From an uncultured Candidatus Saccharibacteria bacterium (lineage in GTDB: Bacteria > Patescibacteriota > Minisyncoccia > JACQLN01): DNA of 64,000 nucleotides. The notes under the pieces were generated by a model that saw only the letters and a program-made list of their open reading frames with translations, searched no databases and was not told the DNA's origin. Of the stretch, positions 18,904-28,690 are shown piece after piece. The stretch spans positions 2,214 through 66,213 of the forward strand of contig CAYIPG010000001.1 in NCBI GenBank assembly GCA_964365305.1. Reading direction: 5' to 3'. The number at the start of each line of letters is the position of its first letter. Within the stretch, counting starts at the first letter, position 1. A program made the translations under genes and the position numbers.

Positions 18904-19622
18904 GATAACAACCCTTTAGAAATCATAAACTCGGCAAATTCCCAGTCCATAATAGAGTCAATATCAAAAACCTCGCCTTCCAAAAACAACGGCAAAATGT
19001 TTTCGCCGCACATGGATTTTTTATTCATTATGGTTTCGTAACGCGCCACATCTACTTGGCCATAATGATTATAGGCCTTCGGCAATTTTTGGCGCGGCCA
19101 ATTGAATATTTCTTTTTCGCCTTCAACAACCAAAATCGGTTTCAAAAAACCGGTCTCGCTGGCGTGAAACATTTTATAGGGAGTAACCGGCGGCTTACCC
19201 ACTGTCCAAACCGCGTCGGCGTCGGAATTATCGGCAATCATTTCAACCGCCTTATCAATATCGGCGGTTTTTCGAAACGGATGAGTGGGACGCAAATGAA
19301 CAATAAAATCTGGATGCCAATTATCGTTTTTTTCCAGCCACTCCAAGGCGTGAACAAAAACAGGATGGTCGAGCGTATCATCTTGGGCCAGTTCTTTCGG
19401 TCTGATAAAAGGAACTTCACAACCACACTCTCTGGCAACCTTAGCTATTTCTTCGTCGTCGGTAGATAAAATCAAGCGGTCAATATATTTGGCCGCTTTC
19501 GCCTTTTCTATGGTATGGGCGATTAAAGGTTTGCCGCCCAATAATTTGATGTTCTTTTTGGGAATTGATTTAGACCCGCCCCGGGCCATAATCAGGCCTA
19601 AAACTTTGTGATCTTTGTACAT
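18900..19622 (-). CDS. Second acylneuraminate cytidylyltransferase-family protein.
   Basis: VLGLIMARGGSKSIPKKNIK...LILSTDD; a paralog of the 8223-8948 gene. Overlaps the downstream dehydrogenase by 4 nt. Confidence 0.75.
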   Translation of the reverse strand: MYKDHKVLGLIMARGGSKSIPKKNIKLLGGKPLIAHTIEKAKAAKYIDRLILSTDDEEIAKVARECGCEVPFIRPKELAQDDTLDHPVFVHALEWLEKNDNWHPDFIVHLRPTHPFRKTADIDKAVEMIADNSDADAVWTVGKPPVTPYKMFHASETGFLKPILVVEGEKEIFNWPRQKLPKAYNHYGQVDVARYETIMNKKSMCGENILPLFLEGEVFDIDSIMDWEFAEFMISKGLLS

Positions 19623-21340
19623 TATAATCTTTTATATTCAACTCCTTTTATCTTTTTTATTTCGTCTTCTTTATATAAGCCCCAGGTGTCAAACAATAAA
19701 ACAGAATTATCAGCCAAAGCCAAAAGTTGACGCAGATTTAAATCCTCAAAAATAGGGTTGTTATTCATAACCACCACGGCGTCGGCGTTGGCAAAAGAAT
19801 CCTTCAAATCCTCTGTATATTTAACCCCTAAACGGGAAACCTCGTCACCATTAACCACCGGGTCGTGAACATGAATATTTTTTAGGCCGAATTTCTTTAA
19901 CCGGGCGATTAAACCGATTGTGGTTGAGCCCCTGATATCTGAAGTCGCGGGCCGACCCTTAAAAGCCGCGCCCAATATTAAGACCTTATTGTTATTTTTC
20001 TTTTTTGTTTTTAGAAAAGAATTAATTTCGTTCGCCACAAAATCAACCATGGTCTCGCTGATAGCCCGAGCGTTACTGGCCAACTTGGGAACATATTTTA
20101 CTTTCTTGGCGCTTTCAATAAATAAAAATGGATCTTTTTCCAAACAAATTCCGCCTACACCCGGACTGGGCAGAGGCACCTGGCCCCGTTCGTAACCCTT
20201 ATTGGCCGCCTCAATAACCCGGTGGGTGTTAATGCCGAATTTATGGCAGACCAACGAAAGCTCGTTGGCAAAAGCAAAAGTCACGTCGCGATAGACATTA
20301 TTTACCAACTTGACCATCTCGGCTTCCTCTAACGACTCCACCAAAACCACCGAGTGGGTTAAATGATTAAAAATACTGGCCACCAAATCCGCGCTGACCC
20401 AATTTATGCCGCCGACAACTTGAGGCAGTTTTTTTAGTTCTTCCAGCGCTTTGCCTTCTATTGTTCTTTCCGGCGCGAAAGCGACAAAAAAATCATCACC
20501 CGCTTTTAAGCCAGATTTTTTTTCTAAAATTGGAACAATAATTTCCCTGGTAGTACCTATCGGCACAGTTGATCTTAAGATAACTGCATCACCAGATTTA
20601 AGAACACTGCCAATATTTTCCGCCGCGAACTTGATATAACTTAAATCGGGCTTTTTGGTTTTTTTGTTTAAGGGCGTGCCAACGGCAATAAAATAAACAT
20701 CGCAATTGTTACCGTTCTTAAAATCATTGACGATATTTAGATTGGTTTTGAAATTATCTTTAAAAATTTGTTCCAAACCCTGCTCAAAAAAATGCGGGGC
20801 GCCCGAATTTAAAGAACTAACAACTTTAGCATCGGTATCATAACCGCACACCTTAAAACCAATATCGGCTAAAGTTACCGCCAGAGTCAAACCCACATAA
20901 CCCAACCCCACCACGCCAATTTGTTTGAACCTAACATCACTCTTTTGCCATAAATCGTAAAAAGAAACTAAATCAATCACTCGCCTATTTTTATCCACTA
21001 TAATAATTTTATTCAACCGATCTTTATGCCAATGTTCTTTTTTTATTTTTGAAGCAACTATGGATAAAATTTCATTAGAACTCTTGGGCCCTTCTATTAA
21101 AAAAGGATTTTTGTTCATCACTTTTTCAATAGGATCATCCAATGAAACCCCTTCGGATAAACCCCTCCGAATATCACCATCTGTGGCAATGCCCAACAAT
21201 TTATTTTTTGGATTTACAACCAAAATAACACCGGCGGGCAATAATGTTTGGCTTGATTTATTCAAAGTCAATAAAGACAAAGCCCGACCAATGCTTTCCT
21301 TTGGTTTTATAGAAATCTTTGAAAAATCTTTGATAATCAT
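19622..21340 (-). CDS. CBS-pair domain fused to a UDP-glucose/GDP-mannose dehydrogenase-family nucleotide-sugar dehydrogenase.
   Basis: The N-terminal ~130 aa contain two CBS-like motifs (GIATDGDIRRG, IIIVDKNRRVIDLVS). They are followed by IGVVGLGYVGLTLAV (NAD-binding), GGICLEKDP and GAAFKGRPATSDIRGS, which are characteristic of UDPG_MGDP_dh N, central and C domains. Confidence 0.75.
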   Translation of the reverse strand: MIIKDFSKISIKPKESIGRALSLLTLNKSSQTLLPAGVILVVNPKNKLLGIATDGDIRRGLSEGVSLDDPIEKVMNKNPFLIEGPKSSNEILSIVASKIKKEHWHKDRLNKIIIVDKNRRVIDLVSFYDLWQKSDVRFKQIGVVGLGYVGLTLAVTLADIGFKVCGYDTDAKVVSSLNSGAPHFFEQGLEQIFKDNFKTNLNIVNDFKNGNNCDVYFIAVGTPLNKKTKKPDLSYIKFAAENIGSVLKSGDAVILRSTVPIGTTREIIVPILEKKSGLKAGDDFFVAFAPERTIEGKALEELKKLPQVVGGINWVSADLVASIFNHLTHSVVLVESLEEAEMVKLVNNVYRDVTFAFANELSLVCHKFGINTHRVIEAANKGYERGQVPLPSPGVGGICLEKDPFLFIESAKKVKYVPKLASNARAISETMVDFVANEINSFLKTKKKNNNKVLILGAAFKGRPATSDIRGSTTIGLIARLKKFGLKNIHVHDPVVNGDEVSRLGVKYTEDLKDSFANADAVVVMNNNPIFEDLNLRQLLALADNSVLLFDTWGLYKEDEIKKIKGVEYKRL

Positions 21341-21343
21341 AAA

Positions 21344-22750
21344 TTAATTAAACTTGAACTTGCGCGCGGCAAACACAGTCATTTTTAGCAACAACCAGCC
21401 GTGTTTCCACCTTTGGATGTTGGTATTGCCGTAAGCGCGGGCGCCATAGCGTATTGGCATCTCAACAATTTTTAAATTTAGCTTGGCTGCCCCAAACAGT
21501 AAATCAAAATCGCCGAAAGGATCAAAATCACCAAAATAAGATCTATGGGCGGCTATCCTTTCATAGTCACTTTTAAACAACACCTTAGTGCCACATAAAG
21601 TATCTTTTAGACGCTGACCCAAAATCCAACTAAACATCATACTGAAAAATTTATTGCCTAAGATATTCAAAATCCTCATTGATTCTTTTTCCATCGGATA
21701 AACCAACCGTGAACCGTTTATAAATTCGCCCTTGCCAAAAACCAGGGCGCTATAGAACTTTGGCAAATCCTCTGGGGCTACCGTAAGATCAGCATCTAAA
21801 ATAATCAATACTTCTCCTTGGGCCATTTCAAAACCCAGTCGCACCGCATCCCCCTTGCCGGCCCCTTTCTGAACTGCGCAGCGAATATGGTTTTTATTGC
21901 TGTACTTATCTATAACCCGCCGAATCTCCTCTGGGGTACCGTCTTTAGAATGACCTTCAATAAAAATAATTTCTTGAGAACTTCCAAATTTCGGCAAACG
22001 CAAAATAGCATTTTCGATATTACCTTTTTCGTTTCTAGCTGGAATAATAATTGACACCGAATAGTCCTTTTCTTTTTGGGGCTGGGGTCGAGCCACTACA
22101 TAGTGAATCAAACCCAATTGTGAAAATATCGGCAAATTAGCAATAATTTTATTAAAAAAACTGGAAACTAAAGGTATCCAGATAGGTAAAAGCATTTTTT
22201 CGCCTTTCTTGATAACTTCAAAACCGGATAGATAAAGTAAATTTTCTATATCTTTTGGAGATAACCAATTCTGTATTGGCTGTCTGGCTTTTAGACCCAT
22301 AAATTCCGCCAAACGAAGAACGGGCTCCCACAAATAATTATAATAAGTAATAATAACTCTTGTTCGTTCATTGCTTACTTTTAGAAGGGCCGAAAAAGTT
22401 TTATGTACATCCTCTAAATAACCCAAAACATCGGACATAATTACATAATCAAACTTTTCTGTAACAAGCGTATTTTCAGCATCACCAACCCGCCATTCTA
22501 AATGAGGATATTTGGCTTGAGCAATTTCAATCATTTTAGAGCTGATGTCAATCCCGACACTGCACTTGGGTCTGAGCTCATTAAGCAAATCACCAGTTCC
22601 TGAACCTATTTCAACAACAGAACTATTTGGTGGAATGATAAATTTGCATAAATTTTCAACTACTTGGTGATAATACCAATTTATTTTTCTCCATTTATCC
22701 CGATCTTTGGCATGTTTATTAAAATAATCAATTAACTCGTGTTTGTTCAT
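21344..22750 (-). CDS. Bifunctional SAM-methyltransferase / family-2 glycosyltransferase fusion.
   Basis: N-terminal VVEIGSGTGDLLNEL methyltransferase motif I. C-terminal SIIIPARNEKGNIE...ILDADL GT2 (DPM1/GtrB-like) motifs with the DxD. Confidence 0.7.
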   Translation of the reverse strand: MNKHELIDYFNKHAKDRDKWRKINWYYHQVVENLCKFIIPPNSSVVEIGSGTGDLLNELRPKCSVGIDISSKMIEIAQAKYPHLEWRVGDAENTLVTEKFDYVIMSDVLGYLEDVHKTFSALLKVSNERTRVIITYYNYLWEPVLRLAEFMGLKARQPIQNWLSPKDIENLLYLSGFEVIKKGEKMLLPIWIPLVSSFFNKIIANLPIFSQLGLIHYVVARPQPQKEKDYSVSIIIPARNEKGNIENAILRLPKFGSSQEIIFIEGHSKDGTPEEIRRVIDKYSNKNHIRCAVQKGAGKGDAVRLGFEMAQGEVLIILDADLTVAPEDLPKFYSALVFGKGEFINGSRLVYPMEKESMRILNILGNKFFSMMFSWILGQRLKDTLCGTKVLFKSDYERIAAHRSYFGDFDPFGDFDLLFGAAKLNLKIVEMPIRYGARAYGNTNIQRWKHGWLLLKMTVFAARKFKFN

Positions 22751-22832
22751 ATAACATAGAGATAGTATACATAACTACAGTATAACCAATAAAAAAGAAG
22801 AGCTGTTTCAATAAATAACTCTTTTCTATTGA

Positions 22833-24710
22833 TTATTTGACAACTATTTTATAAATTTCCACGGATGGATTTTTATAGATTAATCTAAGATTTTTTTCTG
22901 CGCTAAAATTGGGATTGCTAAATTGTTTTTCTAATGGACCAAGATATACTAAACCGGAATTAAAATTCTCCCAATTTAATACAAGATTATTATAATTATC
23001 AATAGATTCCTTAAGGTTTTTATTAAAAACAAATTCTGAACGCCCAGCAGCGGTAAGATACCACATGCTTTTATCAAAATTTATTCCCGTATCTTTATAA
23101 CACTTTTCTTGACTGCAATCATATGGGATGATTGCCTTAAATCTTAAAGCCAGCATTTCTTTTGGTACATCAAATAACTTATTAACTATCAAAAATCTTC
23201 TTTCTAATTCTGAACTGGAAAGCGTAGACAAAAAACCGGTAGCCAAATATGGTCGAGATGAAGTATATGATCCAAGGTATAAAGAAGTCACTAAAGAATC
23301 AGAAATAACTGTGGATTCTGCAGATAAATTAGATTCAACCCACTTCCAGGAACTTATGATATCGCCCGGAAAAACATACGATATTATTTGGTCTTTGGGC
23401 GGGTACAGAAACCCAGAAAGATTCACAATGTGCTTTGTTACCAAAGAAACCGATAAAATAACAACAAACAAAATTATACCGCTCTTAAACATGGACTTGG
23501 TTGGAAAAAATGTCCTGAATAAATCGTAAAGCAAACTTGAAATTATAATAAAATAAACCAAACTAATCGGTTTGTTAAAATGAAAAAGGGCAAAACCAAA
23601 ACCGGTAATCATCGGTGTATACCAAACCAAAAAAGAAGTAACAATAAGGCCGATAAAGAAAACTCCTTTCTTTATTAAATCTGCCTGTTTTTTAAAATAA
23701 AATAAATAAACGGCAATTAATGTAATGAAATAAAATAAATAATTTACTAAAATGGTCCAGCCCATCGAAAAATTAGTTATATAGTCATTAACCAGGAACC
23801 TGCCAATTTCTTTGCCTAATCTAAGGGAGTAATCAGAACTGTAACCGGAAAAATTAAATCTTAGATAGTTAACGATATATGGTATTAAAACCAAAAAAAT
23901 AGTCGAGCATAATAAAAAAACTGGTTTAAATTTATAATCATTCGCAGTACGATTATATAAACTATAAATAAATACCAAACCGATAAAAACCATCATGAAC
24001 AACCAATAGTGTAAATAAACATAAGCCAACAGACCAATAGATAAACCGGCAAAAATAGCATTGATTTTGGTTGGTTTAATCCAAAATAAATAAGTTGTTA
24101 AAATAGCCAAGATCAAGAAACCTAGTGTAAGCATTGGATCATCTATCCTAGAAAAATACATCTTACTTATAGGAGTTCTGACCAAAGGAATAAACTTTTT
24201 TATAATCATTCCTAAATAATCATCATCAATATAACTATAACCAACCAACATTTGTGGAATTTGCGTTAAAGTGCCGACTAAACTAAAAAATAATGAGGGA
24301 ATCTTAGATCTAAGAAAAATCGTACCTAAATAATAAAAAAGAATAAAAAATATAATTGCGAATAAAAACTGCGCCGACAAATAAGCGATGTTTATATCAC
24401 CCCTAAATAATTTAATGAAAAAAGAAAACAATAATGGAGTAATAGGATTTAGTGGCGTAGGATTGTTGTCATTGGCATAAATACCACCAGGAGGAAAATG
24501 GCCATCATAAACTTCTCTGGCCCTAGGCATATATTGGAAAAACTCATCCCTATATACATTCTGCTGCATTAATAAAAAATCAGCGTTAGATTCATAAATA
24601 TTAATCCAAAGCAATATTTGCGGCATAACAAATAAAAAACCGACAAAAACGGCCAAAATAGCAACCATTAACCATATTTTATTATGTATATAAGAAATGA
24701 TGGGATTCAT
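22833..24710 (-). CDS. Large polytopic membrane protein of unknown family (paralog A).
   Basis: 625 aa, more than 12 TM helices. Shares the conserved motif MPRAREVYDGHFPP near the first extracytoplasmic loop and a conserved C-terminus (...EIYKI) with the 34053-36014 protein. Confidence 0.4.
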   Translation of the reverse strand: MNPIISYIHNKIWLMVAILAVFVGFLFVMPQILLWINIYESNADFLLMQQNVYRDEFFQYMPRAREVYDGHFPPGGIYANDNNPTPLNPITPLLFSFFIKLFRGDINIAYLSAQFLFAIIFFILFYYLGTIFLRSKIPSLFFSLVGTLTQIPQMLVGYSYIDDDYLGMIIKKFIPLVRTPISKMYFSRIDDPMLTLGFLILAILTTYLFWIKPTKINAIFAGLSIGLLAYVYLHYWLFMMVFIGLVFIYSLYNRTANDYKFKPVFLLCSTIFLVLIPYIVNYLRFNFSGYSSDYSLRLGKEIGRFLVNDYITNFSMGWTILVNYLFYFITLIAVYLFYFKKQADLIKKGVFFIGLIVTSFLVWYTPMITGFGFALFHFNKPISLVYFIIISSLLYDLFRTFFPTKSMFKSGIILFVVILSVSLVTKHIVNLSGFLYPPKDQIISYVFPGDIISSWKWVESNLSAESTVISDSLVTSLYLGSYTSSRPYLATGFLSTLSSSELERRFLIVNKLFDVPKEMLALRFKAIIPYDCSQEKCYKDTGINFDKSMWYLTAAGRSEFVFNKNLKESIDNYNNLVLNWENFNSGLVYLGPLEKQFSNPNFSAEKNLRLIYKNPSVEIYKIVVK

Positions 24711-24771
24711 TAAGATGTTAATTGAACTTAAATATTTTATAACTTATTAATTAAATATGCCAAATAAATGC

Positions 24772-26172
24772 TTACATATTAGACAATATAAAATTAGCCG
24801 TCCTTTCCCCCGCCCTGCCATCTAAAATAGAGCACTGTTCTTTAACTAACCTGGTTCTGGCATTTTCATCTATAGATGGATTCTCTAGATATTTATTAAT
24901 CCAACGAACCATCTCCTCCTTGTCGCTAACCAATTTTATTGCGCCGGTTTTTAACGCGTTTAAATAATGTGTCATTTTATAGAGTTCTGTGGGAGATCTA
25001 TATACCGATAAAGGTTCGGCTAATTCAAAATTAATATTTATTACCGGTTTGTTAAAAATAGAAGCATCAATGCACAAGCTAGAAGCGTAAGAAACTAAAA
25101 CATCGCAATGATATAAGCTATTTATAAGCATCTCTATATCTTTTGGGCTTAAATCCCAATCAATGCCGGCGCCTATCGGCATGTGATTTGAGAATCTTAT
25201 TCCAGGAATATCAAAAACTATGTTCTTTCTTTTTCTAACTTCGCCAATTTCGACAAAATCATTTGGCTGGAATCTCACAAACAACTGCGCGTTCTTAATA
25301 ACATTTTGTTCAATAAGCGCTTGTAAATAATCAATCATAAGCCATCTTGAGCTAATGAAACGTTTAGCCAAGGGAGCATAAAAAACAACTTTTTTGTTTG
25401 GATCTCCGCCTGTTTGTTTAAAAAAATCAGATCGACTTATTTTTTTCTGGTTAATATATTGATCATAATGGGGCACTCCGCCAATAAAAATATCCTTGCT
25501 TGGTAAATCTGCGTAATTAATAGCGTCTGTTTTTACCAAATCATTGTAGACAATTAATTTATCTGGCAATACCCTCAAAGCGCACCGACCGGTAATTTTA
25601 TCCCATGAATTTGCTAAAGCAAAAGTTTTAACGCCCCTTTTTCTAGCTTCCCTCAATAAAGACGCTTCTCTATCATCAAATGGATGGGCCGAGACGACGG
25701 CAATTGGCCTGTATTTATCAAAAAAAACATTGAATGCAGAATCATCAATCAGCAATATATCTAAAAAACGATACAATCTCCTAACAAGACGCCGGGCAAG
25801 TATACGATTCAGCAACCACCCGCCCCATAATCTAAAAAGATTTTTATGTGTTTCAAATGCCAACTTGCGTCTCCAATCTATGGTAGCTGTATTAATCATC
25901 TTAAATTTAAGGGAACCAAAAAACCGTTGCCATAAACTATGCTCGGTTTTGGAAACAATTTCATAAAATACTCTTGGATTGTTAAATTGCCGCTGATAAA
26001 AGTTTATTTTATTTTTTGTATTTACAAAAAAAACTATCTTAATAACCGGATTGGCAATCAGGGTTTTGAAAATATCCGTTCTTAAGATATTTTTAGCTTC
26101 CACTCCTTGAAAAATGGTTATAAATATGGTCTTAAAATCATTCATAAAAAACTGCGGAAAAATACCGCACAC
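24772..26172 (-). CDS. TagF-like CDP-alditol phosphotransferase family GT-B protein (paralog 1 of 4).
   Basis: VVFYAPLAKRF (cf. YAPTWR) and CDVLVSYASSLCIDASIFNKPVININFE...Y (cf. TagF DILITDYSS..FD...KP.IFY) motifs. 466 aa. Confidence 0.5.
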   Translation of the reverse strand: MCGIFPQFFMNDFKTIFITIFQGVEAKNILRTDIFKTLIANPVIKIVFFVNTKNKINFYQRQFNNPRVFYEIVSKTEHSLWQRFFGSLKFKMINTATIDWRRKLAFETHKNLFRLWGGWLLNRILARRLVRRLYRFLDILLIDDSAFNVFFDKYRPIAVVSAHPFDDREASLLREARKRGVKTFALANSWDKITGRCALRVLPDKLIVYNDLVKTDAINYADLPSKDIFIGGVPHYDQYINQKKISRSDFFKQTGGDPNKKVVFYAPLAKRFISSRWLMIDYLQALIEQNVIKNAQLFVRFQPNDFVEIGEVRKRKNIVFDIPGIRFSNHMPIGAGIDWDLSPKDIEMLINSLYHCDVLVSYASSLCIDASIFNKPVININFELAEPLSVYRSPTELYKMTHYLNALKTGAIKLVSDKEEMVRWINKYLENPSIDENARTRLVKEQCSILDGRAGERTANFILSNM

Positions 26173-26258
26173 TGAATAAATATGTATATTTTTATAACTT
26201 ACTGAATAATGGAGCGGTTTTATGGGTTAATGTTTATTCTAAAAAATACTTGGATAAA

Positions 26259-27458
26259 TCACCAACTTATTTGAATTGAAGTTGTTTTTTTATCATTAAG
26301 TTTAGTCAAAAAATCAGGATTTAATTTATAATAATCATTCTTTGTGTTCCATTCTAAAAAATTGGAGATATTAAAAAGAATTTTGCCCATAGTAACTTCT
26401 GTAGAATGCATCCCATCAAACATATAAAGATCGTTCAAACCTAAAGATGCTAAATCGGAATAATCAAAAAACTGAAACCCAAACTCATCAAATAATAATG
26501 GAATCCTGGCTTGAAAATTGTTAAATAAATCCCGCTGATAAACAGAACTTTTCAACTCTTTTATTACTTCTGATGAAAACGGCGTTGCTAAACCTACAAC
26601 TTTTATACCTTTTTTTTTGCTAATCTCTAGAAATTCAGCCAAAAGATTGAATCTATCTTCGCTAAAAAAACTACCCTGTTCAAATGGATCCGTACCATTA
26701 TTAATCCGATCCAAAACTTTTTCGCCGTCAATAAACTTAATTTCATTCGCCATCTCTTGAATATTGTGCCCATATTGATAACTGCCATCCGAACGAAAAC
26801 CGTCCCCAAACAACAACGCATTCAAACCGATAGCCGACTTACTTTCAATAGGTTCTTGCTCGTCAACTACTTTTTTAAAGATGTATATCGGATTTTTTGC
26901 TATTTGTAAAAACAAATACCTAGCAACATAAAGATGCGCTTTCCACTGATACGCTTCTTCTTTTTTACTTAAATCTTCCGATAATCCATAAATCAAGTCA
27001 TTTTTCTCGCCAAGCCAATAAAAATCAACACCTAAAATTATTGTCTTGGGTTTGGCTTCGTCTGGCAGTAATTTTATAAAATCAATCAGGTCAGCAATAT
27101 TATGAATTAAGCCGCCGGCATTATAGAATTTTTCACTGTCGTCAAACATTTCTTGGCGAATTTGCATAACGCGCGAAGAACCAAGAACTAAAACATCCGG
27201 CTTTTTTGATAAAATAGTTAAGTATTTATATGTCCTCAAAGATTGATCGGCTATTTTGCGACCAAAAAGAATATCCTGCCTACTCTTGGTCTGCAAACTA
27301 ATAACCCTTTTTATCGGCAAGAGTTCTCCCGAATAAAAAATAACCGCTTCAAGAATAAAAAAAATAATCACAAGCGGCAACCAAAACAAAAAGATATTTT
27401 TCAAAAAAAGTTTGAGAGTTTTCGGATATTTAGCCATAAACAAACCTCCGCACAACAA
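26259..27458 (-). CDS. DltD-like membrane-anchored SGNH-type acyl-transfer protein.
   Basis: 399 aa. An N-terminal TM helix is followed by VLVLGSSRVMQ, closely matching the DltD catalytic-serine motif LLVLGSSEL. Size and topology match DltD (about 390 aa). Confidence 0.55.
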   Translation of the reverse strand: MLCGGLFMAKYPKTLKLFLKNIFLFWLPLVIIFFILEAVIFYSGELLPIKRVISLQTKSRQDILFGRKIADQSLRTYKYLTILSKKPDVLVLGSSRVMQIRQEMFDDSEKFYNAGGLIHNIADLIDFIKLLPDEAKPKTIILGVDFYWLGEKNDLIYGLSEDLSKKEEAYQWKAHLYVARYLFLQIAKNPIYIFKKVVDEQEPIESKSAIGLNALLFGDGFRSDGSYQYGHNIQEMANEIKFIDGEKVLDRINNGTDPFEQGSFFSEDRFNLLAEFLEISKKKGIKVVGLATPFSSEVIKELKSSVYQRDLFNNFQARIPLLFDEFGFQFFDYSDLASLGLNDLYMFDGMHSTEVTMGKILFNISNFLEWNTKNDYYKLNPDFLTKLNDKKTTSIQISW

Positions 27459-27478
27459 ACTGTCGCGAAGTTATTAAA

Positions 27479-27886
27479 TTAAAATTGAAAATAAATAAAG
27501 GGATTATAATTATACACGCCGAACAATAAGATCACAGCAACAACAAGATAATAAATCAACCACCTAAGCCAAGATGGATAATCATCTATCTGTAAAGGAT
27601 GCTCTTTTCTTCTCTGTATCCATTCCACCACAATGAAACCCGCAATAATAAATAATCTTTTTGGATAAATTGTCCCGATATTAAATAGATTAAATTCCAA
27701 AGCTATTTTTTTTACCACATAAAACGCTTCATTTATTGTGTTGGCTCTGAAAAATATCCATCCAAACAAAACAAGAATAAATGTAAATAATATAGCTGGG
27801 ATATCTTTAAGCGAAGCAACGGTATTTGATTCAAATTTATTAATTAATTCTTCTGACTTTGACGCGGAATGTTTGTTTCCATCCAT
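27479..27886 (-). CDS. Small integral membrane protein (3 TM), possibly DltX-like.
   Basis: 135 aa. The C-terminus PFIYFQF resembles the conserved C-terminal aromatic FIYxQF-type motif I recall for DltX. This is weak evidence. Confidence 0.3.
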   Translation of the reverse strand: MDGNKHSASKSEELINKFESNTVASLKDIPAILFTFILVLFGWIFFRANTINEAFYVVKKIALEFNLFNIGTIYPKRLFIIAGFIVVEWIQRRKEHPLQIDDYPSWLRWLIYYLVVAVILLFGVYNYNPFIYFQF

Positions 27887-27925
27887 AATATTAAGTTAGT
27901 TATTTTAGTATTAAATTTATTATAT

Positions 27926-28690
27926 TCACATCATATGCAACCCACCGTCAATTGGAATATTCAAACCGGTAAGATATTCCGCATTGTCGCTTAATAAAAA
28001 TTTGGCTAAACAAGCCACATCCTTATTATTTACCAGCCGTTTTAATGGGGTTTGTGATTCTATCAATTTAATAAAGGTTTCTGGATATATCGTGGAAATA
28101 CCCTCTCCACTAACACCAGGAGATATCATATTAACCCTTATTTTTCTAGAAGCAAGCTCATTTGCTAAACAACGAACTAGACCAAATTGCCCATATTTTC
28201 CAACCGTGTAACTAAACAAACGGGCCGGAGGAACATTAAATAAACACGCTGAACCAATTACTAAAACACTTTTCAATGGATGGTCTTCCTCAATAAGCTT
28301 TGTAATTGTAAGCCATAAACCTTTTATCTGGACAGCAAACTGTATCTCAAAATTATTCCAATCGTCTTTATTGATTGTTCTAAATTCCGTTGAAACGCCG
28401 ACTGTGTAAACCAAGTTATTAAATTTTATTTGACTTGAACCAATAATTTTTTTAACTTGCGACTCATTGGTGATGTCTAATTGCGCGGTAATTAATGTGC
28501 TTTTTTTGGATTTTGATAATTTAATTAATTCTAAAAGACAACTTTCTTTTTCTTGACGAAAAAAAGTAAGAAATAGATTATGCCCGGCAAGCAGTAACTC
28601 ATGAGCTATTGTTTTGCCAAAAGTGCTGGTGCCGCCAATTATTAGTGTGTTGGGCTTGATCATAGTTTTAAATATATTTAACCTTGGCAA
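27926..28690 (-). CDS. Short-chain dehydrogenase/reductase (FabG-like ketoreductase).
   Basis: TLIIGGTSTFGKTIA glycine-rich NAD(P)-binding motif; 254 aa classical SDR length. Confidence 0.7.
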   Translation of the reverse strand: MPRLNIFKTMIKPNTLIIGGTSTFGKTIAHELLLAGHNLFLTFFRQEKESCLLELIKLSKSKKSTLITAQLDITNESQVKKIIGSSQIKFNNLVYTVGVSTEFRTINKDDWNNFEIQFAVQIKGLWLTITKLIEEDHPLKSVLVIGSACLFNVPPARLFSYTVGKYGQFGLVRCLANELASRKIRVNMISPGVSGEGISTIYPETFIKLIESQTPLKRLVNNKDVACLAKFLLSDNAEYLTGLNIPIDGGLHMM

